A stretch of 33,726 nt of DNA from Methanobacteriota archaeon. Lineage in GTDB: Archaea > Thermoplasmatota > Poseidoniia > Poseidoniales > Poseidoniaceae. Every line of letters begins with the position of its first letter. Position 1 is the first letter of the stretch. This document shows, piece after piece, positions 27,171 to 33,726 of this stretch. The position numbers and the translations under genes are program-made. The DNA lies in the NCBI GenBank assembly GCA_009936765.1, contig JAACDL010000171.1, forward strand, positions 1 through 33,726, read 5' to 3'. The notes under the pieces were generated by a model, which did no database searches, was not told the origin of the DNA, and was given only the letters and a program-made list of their open reading frames with translations.

Positions 27171-28308
27171 GTAAACCTTTCAGTACAGCTTCAGTTTTGT
27201 CCATTCCAAGTGAAATATCTTCTCTTGAGATAGTATAGGCAAACCGAAGATGCCCTTCACCAGAGGGTCCAAAAGCACTTCCAGGAGAGCACAATACTCC
27301 TCCTTTCAGAAGTTCTAGCGCTATTTGCTCACTAGTCATACCTGGAACATCGACTTTGGGGAACACATAGAATGCGCCCTCTGGAACGTGACATTGAACT
27401 CCAGGCATAGCGTTTAGTCTTGAACCAATCAAGTCCCTTCTAGCCTTGAACTCAATACACATCTCATCAGGGTAGTCATTTGCTTGCTCAAATGCAGCAA
27501 GTACTGCATGCTGCATTGCATCATTTGAACATGCAGTAATGTAATACTGTAATTTTGTCATCTGCGACATGGCTTCAGGGTTTGCGGAAAGAATGTATCC
27601 GATTCTCCATCCAGTCATAGCGAAAGTTTTGGAGAAGGAATTGACAAGAATAACTCGCTCATCATCGCAACCCATGAATGATACATGGTCTCCATCAAAG
27701 ACGATTCGATCATAGACTTCATCTGTGATAAGCCAAAGGTCATGTTTTTGCGCAAACTGAAGTAACTCGTCTCTTTGTGAGGTTGAGATTGTTGCACCCG
27801 TTGGGTTTGAAGGGAAATTATACAGAATTGCTACTGTGTCGTCGTCAACCAAACTTTCCAAGTGTTCGACAGTAGGAACAAACTCATCCTCAAACAAACA
27901 TTCGTAGAATCTTGCCTCTCCACCCCATAGCCCAACATCAGGGCCGTAAAGAGGGAAGTAAGGCTCCGGTAGCAGAACATTCTTGCCAGGGTTGACAATT
28001 GTTGCAAATATATTCAGGAGTGCGTTTGTACCACTCATAGTCATACAAACATTACTTTCATCTAATCCGGGGCACACATTGTCCCAAGATTGTGCTATTT
28101 TTTTCCTCAATGCAGGTAACCCAGCGGTAGTAGTATACTTATTGTGGCCATCTTTCATTGCTTGATACATTGCTTCAATAGCGATAGCAGGTGGTTGGAA
28201 ATCTGGTTCACCCAAACCAAATGAAATTACATCATCCCCTGCCATATCAAACATCTTGCGTACGCCAGTAGGTTGGATATCCAACGCTCTATCAGAAAAG
28301 CCACGCAT
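27160..28308 (-). CDS. PLP-dependent aminotransferase class I/II (aspartate aminotransferase-like)
   Basis: GLGEPDF, NFPSNPTG, TDEVYD, NSFSKTFAMTGWRIGY (PLP lysine), PEGAFYVF, HLRFAY. Confidence 0.96.
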   Translation of the reverse strand: MRGFSDRALDIQPTGVRKMFDMAGDDVISFGLGEPDFQPPAIAIEAMYQAMKDGHNKYTTTAGLPALRKKIAQSWDNVCPGLDESNVCMTMSGTNALLNIFATIVNPGKNVLLPEPYFPLYGPDVGLWGGEARFYECLFEDEFVPTVEHLESLVDDDTVAILYNFPSNPTGATISTSQRDELLQFAQKHDLWLITDEVYDRIVFDGDHVSFMGCDDERVILVNSFSKTFAMTGWRIGYILSANPEAMSQMTKLQYYITACSNDAMQHAVLAAFEQANDYPDEMCIEFKARRDLIGSRLNAMPGVQCHVPEGAFYVFPKVDVPGMTSEQIALELLKGGVLCSPGSAFGPSGEGHLRFAYTISREDISLGMDKTEAVLKGLRGE

Positions 28309-28333
28309 GGCAGGACGACTACGAGTTCACTTT

Positions 28334-30520
28334 TCAAGATGAGGTGCCATCTGATACATCATCTAGTAATGTGGCTTCTAAAGGTTCATCATCGACCACA
28401 GGTGGTAACAATGCTAAATCCGAACCCTCTGCAGCATAATGAAGTGGCTGTTCTGCTTGTTGCCTAATAGCAACAAGTGCTCCAAAAATAAATACTGCGA
28501 ATCCAACTACTCCAATGAAAAGTAATCTTCCAAGAGATTCACCACTACCGAATGATTCAACATTTCCTCCACCAAGAACTGAGTCCCATGAGATCATTGA
28601 GGAAGCACCTGTTTCGTCAACTCCTCTGACAATAATCATGTTGTAATCTTCTGGAAGGTAATCAGTATCTACGACAAATTGGAATTGGAATGACTCATAA
28701 GCAGTCATAGAACTGTTTACAGACTCATACATTACTTCGGTCCAAGTCTCCCCACCATCGACTGAATATTCTATTTTATCCAACACTGCACCCCGGCTCC
28801 AAGCTTGCCCTGTGTATGTGTTCACTGTGCCATCAGAAGATATGTCCTCAATATGAACTTGTAAATCCAAATTCATATCAGATGTGGTAATTCCAGACAT
28901 GTCGAGATATTGAGCAGTCCATACTGCATCATGGGCATCAACCATCCCCCAACCAAAATGACGGTTCCAGTGAGGATCAATATCTGGATAAGTAGCCCAT
29001 GGGCCTTCTTCAACTCCTTCGCCATCTGCCGCAGATAGAGTATCTCTTCTTTCAGCGGTTGAACGTAATATTTCCCTAATCACCAATGGATTAATCTCAT
29101 CATTTACTTCCATCATCAGAGCGATTACTCCGGTAACTGCAGGAGTAGCGTAAGAGGTTCCCGAACCTCTACCTGTGTAACCATTTTGAGAAGCATCGCC
29201 TCCTAAGAAGTTGTTACAGGAACCTGAAGTCACACAAGCTTCTGCTTGCACAATGTCTGAACCAGATGCAGTTACATCTGGCTTCATCTCATTGATAGGA
29301 TTAGAATCGCCATTGTCTCTACGAGGACCACGGCTAGAATAACCTGCGATTGTATCGTCCTCTCTTTCGATTGTATTCATGTCATCTGTGGCTCCAACAG
29401 TTATCGATAGAGAAGAAGAACCCATGCCAGATAGACCATCATTTCCTGAACCATCGTTTCCAGCGGCCACACTTACTGCAATTCCTGCAAGGGTTGCTTC
29501 GTTAAGGATACGTGAGTGCATGTCCTCTCCATCACTCCCTCCGCCTTCGTGGCTAGTAATTCCCCAAGAGAGTGAAATGATGTCGATACCATGTAGGCTT
29601 TCATCAACACCTGGCCATGCTGTGTCTTTATTGTCAATAATCCATTGAAGTCCATTCATAGCTGATTCATAAAATTCTTGAGATAGAAGGTAGTTTTCGA
29701 ATGGGCCTGCTCCCGCATCAGTACCAATTCTAACATCGATTAGACTAGCATTGGGTGCACTTCCTTCGTATCCAGTCTGGGCACCAGATGCATCTAAGCC
29801 AGTAGATGCAGCCATACCCATACAGGCTGTTCCATGCTGGTTTCCATCGTCTGGGTCGAATGAACCATCGGTTTCTCTTGCTCCAGAAAGGACACATGTT
29901 GGATCGGTGTGAAGATAACACACCGCATCATATCCTGCTACAAACTTATCTTTTAGACCAGGATGTTCGTTATCTGTTCCTGTGTCAACCATAGCGATAT
30001 TAATCCCTGCACCTTTCATAGTACTATGATTCCATGCAGTATGTGGATAAACATCTGAAGGCTCTGCTTTTATGTTTGGAGTTTGGACATCGCCCCATAA
30101 AATAACTTGGCCGTATCTTTCAACCATTACAACGCCATCGATTTGAGATAATTGCCAAATATCTTCAGAGTTGATTACTCCAAGTAGTACTGCGTCTACC
30201 GACTCGATTACATCTGTAATCTCATAGCCCATCGATTCGAGTAAGGCAACATCGGAATCAGTAACATCTCTACTGTAAGAAAGACCGACTCCTACGGATT
30301 CATTCAAGGATTCAAGTGAATCAAAAATCCCATTTCGATTAACATCCATTGTGGTCCTTTCCCACCAATCAATTTCATCGTATACTATCGGAGTCATTTC
30401 TGGAATGACGGAAGACCAATCTGATTGTACATCAGTTTCATTTCCTAAAGAACCAGTTAATGGTGCCAAGAAAAGTGTCAAACAGAGTAGTGTAAAACCG
30501 CGACGCATATGCTTCCCCAC
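28334..30520 (-). CDS. Membrane-anchored extracellular subtilisin-family (S8) serine peptidase
   Basis: Signal peptide and propeptide; triad IAMVDTG, QHGTACMG, GSGTSYATP; oxyanion AAGNDG; C-terminal Ig-like domain and TM anchor. Confidence 0.94.
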   Translation of the reverse strand: MGKHMRRGFTLLCLTLFLAPLTGSLGNETDVQSDWSSVIPEMTPIVYDEIDWWERTTMDVNRNGIFDSLESLNESVGVGLSYSRDVTDSDVALLESMGYEITDVIESVDAVLLGVINSEDIWQLSQIDGVVMVERYGQVILWGDVQTPNIKAEPSDVYPHTAWNHSTMKGAGINIAMVDTGTDNEHPGLKDKFVAGYDAVCYLHTDPTCVLSGARETDGSFDPDDGNQHGTACMGMAASTGLDASGAQTGYEGSAPNASLIDVRIGTDAGAGPFENYLLSQEFYESAMNGLQWIIDNKDTAWPGVDESLHGIDIISLSWGITSHEGGGSDGEDMHSRILNEATLAGIAVSVAAGNDGSGNDGLSGMGSSSLSITVGATDDMNTIEREDDTIAGYSSRGPRRDNGDSNPINEMKPDVTASGSDIVQAEACVTSGSCNNFLGGDASQNGYTGRGSGTSYATPAVTGVIALMMEVNDEINPLVIREILRSTAERRDTLSAADGEGVEEGPWATYPDIDPHWNRHFGWGMVDAHDAVWTAQYLDMSGITTSDMNLDLQVHIEDISSDGTVNTYTGQAWSRGAVLDKIEYSVDGGETWTEVMYESVNSSMTAYESFQFQFVVDTDYLPEDYNMIIVRGVDETGASSMISWDSVLGGGNVESFGSGESLGRLLFIGVVGFAVFIFGALVAIRQQAEQPLHYAAEGSDLALLPPVVDDEPLEATLLDDVSDGTSS

Positions 30521-30586
30521 AATAATTCAAGAGGTCCCTTAACATCAATATGTTGGTCACAGGATTGGATTGAGATTAGCAAAAGG

Positions 30587-30775
30587 TGGGAGCACAGGGA
30601 TTTGAACCCCGACCGGCTGGTATCTTCTGATCCGCCACTAAGTGTTTTGTGTACGGCTGGTGGCGGGATTTCACAGGTCAGTCTTCCAGTTGATCATCAC
30701 AATCTTCAGACCTTAACCTATCATCATTCCCGTGCAACTGGAGCCAGCTATACTACCAGGTTATACTATACTCCC
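30587..30775 (-). tRNA. trnW: tRNA-Trp(CCA) with 116-nt intron at 37/38
   Basis: Acceptor GGGAGTA/TGCTCCC-A; anticodon stem GCTGG/CCAGC with CT-CCA-G; T loop GTTCAAATC; exons 30738-30775 and 30587-30621. Confidence 0.95.
30622..30737 (-). ncRNA. Box C/D guide RNA encoded in the tRNA-Trp intron
   Basis: C box ATGATGA, D' CTGA, C' GTGATGA, D CTGA. D-guide CAACTGGA pairs with pre-tRNA TCCAGTTG and puts C34 at the D+5 position, as in known euryarchaeal tRNA-Trp introns. Confidence 0.9.
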
Positions 30776-30796
30776 CTGTTCGTTTACCGTTCAACT

Positions 30797-30904
30797 TCAT
30801 TGCTTAGCCTGTCGGCGAGCACGCTTACGACGGCGTAGCTTCTTCTTGCGCCACTTCCATCGCTGATTACCAGTCTTCTTCCACGCTCTGGAACCTCGCT
30901 TCAT
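30797..30904 (-). CDS. rpl41e: Ribosomal protein eL41 (eS32), 35 aa
   Basis: Hand-translated MKRGSRAWKKTGNQRWKWRKKKLRRRKRARRQAKQ; RWKWRKK.LRR.KR signature; below ORF-track cutoff. Confidence 0.88.
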   Translation of the reverse strand: MKRGSRAWKKTGNQRWKWRKKKLRRRKRARRQAKQ

Positions 30905-30967
30905 GGTGAACAGTCCGCCGACCAACCTTTCGTATATGAGGACTTCCCAAAGGAGGTGATTAATCCA

Positions 30968-31804
30968 TCAAGCTAAAACGCCGTTCTGATAGTCTTCAAT
31001 AGCCTGCATTATCTCTTCCCTTGTATTCATTACGAACGGGCCATACCTAGCGATTGGCTCGCCAATTTCAGGTCCTGCGAGAATCAGGAACTCTGAATCC
31101 TCAGTGGCATTGAAGTTAACAGTAGTACCGTTTGACAATAAAGCCAGGGAGCCATCAGAAACAGACTTGCCAGCAATATCTAATTCTCCCTTGAAAACGT
31201 AAACCATACCATTCAGATCTAAGCCTAAAGATTTGTCAAGTGTTGATCCTTTGTCCATTTTCACATGAACATATGTTATTGGAATTACAGTGTCTAGAGT
31301 TGACTCAACACCTAAGCATTCCCCTGCGACTACTCTAGCCCAGACTCCTTCTTTCTCAGCGATTGGTGAATCTGCTGCTGTTAAATCTTGATATCTAGGA
31401 TTCATCATCTTATCTTTAGCCGGTAGGTTTACCCAAATTTGGAAACCGTGCATCAATCCACCTTCATCCATCATCTTCTTAGTTGGCATTTCGGAGTGAA
31501 TTATTCCTTTTCCAGCAGTCATCCACTGAACATCTCCGGGAGTTAGAAGTCCTTTGGAGCCTTGACTATCTTCGTGCTCCATCTCCCCCGATAACAAGTA
31601 TGTTACAGTTTCAAATCCGCGATGAGGATGCCAAGGTGCACCAACTGCTTCACCTGGCGCATAATCTACAGGTCCCATTTCGTCAAGAAGTAAGAAAGGA
31701 CTCATCAATGAACCCATTGCTGCTGGCCTTCGAACTTTGAAACCTCCACCTTCCATTACGGTGTGAGTGGGAACTATTGACTTTACTACTCTGAACTCGG
31801 ACAT
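30968..31804 (-). CDS. Pirin family bicupin
   Basis: EGGGFKVRR, PFLLLDE, WHPHRGFETVTY, VQWMTAGKGIIHSE, YGPFVMNT; start ATG 31804. Confidence 0.96.
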   Translation of the reverse strand: MSEFRVVKSIVPTHTVMEGGGFKVRRPAAMGSLMSPFLLLDEMGPVDYAPGEAVGAPWHPHRGFETVTYLLSGEMEHEDSQGSKGLLTPGDVQWMTAGKGIIHSEMPTKKMMDEGGLMHGFQIWVNLPAKDKMMNPRYQDLTAADSPIAEKEGVWARVVAGECLGVESTLDTVIPITYVHVKMDKGSTLDKSLGLDLNGMVYVFKGELDIAGKSVSDGSLALLSNGTTVNFNATEDSEFLILAGPEIGEPIARYGPFVMNTREEIMQAIEDYQNGVLA

Positions 31805-31879
31805 GCTTGCTCGTCTCAGACCAGAGATATAGAGCATTTAGTATCATGTTTGAGATTACCATTTCGAGTAATGTATGGA

Positions 31880-31956
31880 TGGCGGGCGTACGGGGATTTG
31901 AACCCCGGTATTCGGCTTAGAAGGCCGAGATGATATCCAAACTACATCATACGCCC
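31880..31956 (-). tRNA. trnR: tRNA-Arg(TCT), CCA encoded
   Basis: GGGCGTA/TACGCCC-G-CCA; anticodon arm TCGGC-CTTCTAA-GCCGA; GTTCAAATC. Confidence 0.96.
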
Positions 31957-31988
31957 AACACGGCGGGAGGGAATCACCTCTATCAGCC

Positions 31989-32477
31989 TTACAGTGGTCT
32001 AGCACACTTGTGACACCGCATAGGTTTGCGAACAGTAGCGCGTTTCCACTCATATCCGCAGTGAGAACAGGTCCATGACTTGACTCGCGCCGAACCGAGG
32101 AATTCATCTCGCATTTCTTGTAACATTGGAGAATCTGAAATTGCAACTCCTGGTGCAATACTGTCAACTGCATCATGTAGCTCTTTTGAATGGTTCAAAA
32201 CTCCAGAAGCATGAACTAATTCATGTGCTAAAGTGTGCCTAAGCAAATCAGGCTCTTCCTTTAGACGGGGATGCAGTCCAATTGTGATATTACCTGGGTC
32301 TAGAGAAAATCTACGGCGGCGGACTAATTCCGCTGGTCCTTCTTCGAATCTCGTCATTCCTAAACGGTCATCACTTAGTTCCAACCAGGTCAAAGAAATA
32401 CGTTGAGTAAGCCATTTTGAGAATATATTCTCGGGCACTTGTGGGAGAAGTTCAGCGAGTACTTCCTCCACGTCCAT
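31989..32477 (-). CDS. SprT-like zinc metalloprotease with C-terminal Zn ribbon
   Basis: HTLAHELVHA (HExxH), NHSKELH, WTCSHCG...RCHKC; start probably ATG 32477 (track gives 32519). Confidence 0.85.
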   Translation of the reverse strand: MDVEEVLAELLPQVPENIFSKWLTQRISLTWLELSDDRLGMTRFEEGPAELVRRRRFSLDPGNITIGLHPRLKEEPDLLRHTLAHELVHASGVLNHSKELHDAVDSIAPGVAISDSPMLQEMRDEFLGSARVKSWTCSHCGYEWKRATVRKPMRCHKCARPL

Positions 32478-32553
32478 GGAGGTCCGAGGGGCGACCAATT
32501 GAGAAGCCTTATGATGCAAGCACAGGTGGGCAGGCTGCCTTAGGCAAAGCGTT

Positions 32554-32626
32554 GGGCGCTTAGATCAGTTGGAAGATCGCTTGAGTGGCACTCAAGAGGC
32601 CGGGGGTTCAAATCCCCCAGTGTCCA
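32554..32626 (+). tRNA. trnA: tRNA-Ala(GGC)
   Basis: GGGCGCT/AGTGTCC-A with G3:U70 identity pair; anticodon arm CTTGA-GTGGCAC-TCAAG; GTTCAAATC. Confidence 0.96.
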
Positions 32627-32693
32627 TTTAACATCAAAGAATATGTTCTAATTCCGGCTCAATCTTTAATTGCTAAATCCCTAAGTTGATTTT

Positions 32694-33726
32694 ATGCAAG
32701 TGGCGCTACGAGACAGATGGCTTATTGGAATCGGCCTCGCTTGCTTGCTTCTGAACGTGACATTGCTACCAATTGTATTCACCGGTGCTGTTGAGGGAGC
32801 TGTTGAAGAAAAGTTTCAAACTTTTCCTCTTGATTCTGCATGTGGTGAAGACGGAGACTGCGACACATTAGAGGATGATTGGGCAGTATCAACTACCTCT
32901 AGAGATTACTATGCATGGGACATTACTAACCTGCAAGAAGTAATCGGAAATCAAGCCACTCCCAACTATGAGAGAATGGGGCCCTATACTTACGATATTA
33001 CTTCTGAAAAGACTTTGATTGAACACGACAGTTACAATGGACACTTGACATACAATGTTGTCAAAACATTCGAGTGTTCTCCGAATAGTAAGAACTCTTG
33101 TGATGAAGAGTTATCACAACTTAACATCCAATTTAGGCCACAGTTGATTGGAGCGACTGGTACAGCATTCAATGCAATAATGGATTTGACTAAAATTGGA
33201 TTTGCTAGTGGAATGATGAATCAGGACCTTAACACAACTCAAGCAGGAAAAGCCACTGCAGATTACATTACCACGATGACGAATACAATCGGTGGTGCTG
33301 GATTTGGGTCTTACGGTTATGCTGCATTAGGAGCCGCTGAAACTGCCGGTCAGGCAAGCGTAGTTATTCCGAATACAATGGACGGAAATATTTTGCCAAT
33401 TGCTAATTTCTTAGGCGGTATAGATCAAGCATTATATTCATCTGTTCATCCTTTAGACAACCAATTCAATATTTCATTATTGGATGAATCTGGCCCAGTC
33501 GCATTCGTGGGAATGGGGGAGCCTGAACAACTATTGTCAACAATAGAGAGCGACCCAAATAATTCTACAACGGTAATGAGAGCGACTGCATATGGCTATC
33601 TTGCAACTGAAATGGCAGATACTACAGGAGATGGAAACGAAGATACAATGGTTCCAGATTATGCTCAAACACTGATTAGAGACTGGTCCCTATACATAGC
33701 AATAGGATTAGAGTTCCAGTCCAATG
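32694..33726 (+). CDS. Large N-terminally anchored protein with CD36/SR-B-like N-terminal ectodomain segment (3' truncated, >344 aa)
   Basis: Open frame from ATG 32694 to the window end, TTTAAT box ~25 nt upstream; MQVALRDRWLIGIGLACLLLNVTLLPIVF TM; WAVSTTSRDYYAWDITNLQEVIGNQATPNYERMGPYTYDITSEK...LTYNVVKTF...DEELSQLNI. Confidence 0.75.
   Translation, partial: MQVALRDRWLIGIGLACLLLNVTLLPIVFTGAVEGAVEEKFQTFPLDSACGEDGDCDTLEDDWAVSTTSRDYYAWDITNLQEVIGNQATPNYERMGPYTYDITSEKTLIEHDSYNGHLTYNVVKTFECSPNSKNSCDEELSQLNIQFRPQLIGATGTAFNAIMDLTKIGFASGMMNQDLNTTQAGKATADYITTMTNTIGGAGFGSYGYAALGAAETAGQASVVIPNTMDGNILPIANFLGGIDQALYSSVHPLDNQFNISLLDESGPVAFVGMGEPEQLLSTIESDPNNSTTVMRATAYGYLATEMADTTGDGNEDTMVPDYAQTLIRDWSLYIAIGLEFQSN

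Noticed and set aside
30509-30838. 109-aa + strand ORF
   Set aside because: Antisense to tRNA-Trp and eL41
31856-32176. 106-aa - strand ORF
   Set aside because: Out-of-frame overlap with the SprT-like gene and runs through tRNA-Arg
30587-32626. tRNA-anchored genomic island or provirus
   Set aside because: No integrase, no duplicated tRNA 3' end and no obvious compositional break
1-33726. CRISPR array, IS element or rRNA gene
   Set aside because: No regularly spaced repeats, transposase, terminal inverted repeats or rRNA-like sequence seen

Overview
Archaeal chromosomal DNA, most consistent with Marine Group II Thermoplasmatota (Poseidoniales). This assignment is an inference from protein style, GAGGTGA Shine-Dalgarno sites, TTAA/TTCAA-type TATA boxes and the WTMEQW-type surface-protein tail. 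Positions 1-14305 (- strand) hold the canonical archaeal S10/spc ribosomal superoperon: L3, L4, L23, L2, S19, L22, S3, L29, SUI1, Rpp29, S17, L14, L24, S4e, L5, S14, S8, L6, L32e, L19e, L18, S5, L30, L15, SecY. It is preceded by a ~185-nt GC-rich structured leader. Next come Hef/FANCM, an HdrB-like gene paired with a ferredoxin-flavodoxin-SdhB/HdrC-like fusion, the thermosome, a 1100-aa surface protein, two membrane proteins, an aminotransferase, an S8 peptidase, intron-containing tRNA-Trp, eL41, pirin, tRNA-Arg, a SprT-like protein, tRNA-Ala and a truncated large membrane-anchored protein. SecY, S14, eL41, the three tRNAs and the last gene are missing from the ORF track and were read by hand. 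Best leads: (1) a two-gene redox module whose SdhB-like and HdrB-like scaffolds have lost almost all Fe-S cysteines while being fused to an intact ferredoxin and flavodoxin; (2) an apparent archaeal CD36/scavenger-receptor-B family protein at the right edge; (3) SecY with four extra N-terminal transmembrane helices; (4) a candidate new r-leader RNA; (5) a SAP-domain L32e. No mobile element or CRISPR array was seen. All homology calls are by eye, and novelty could not be checked against databases.
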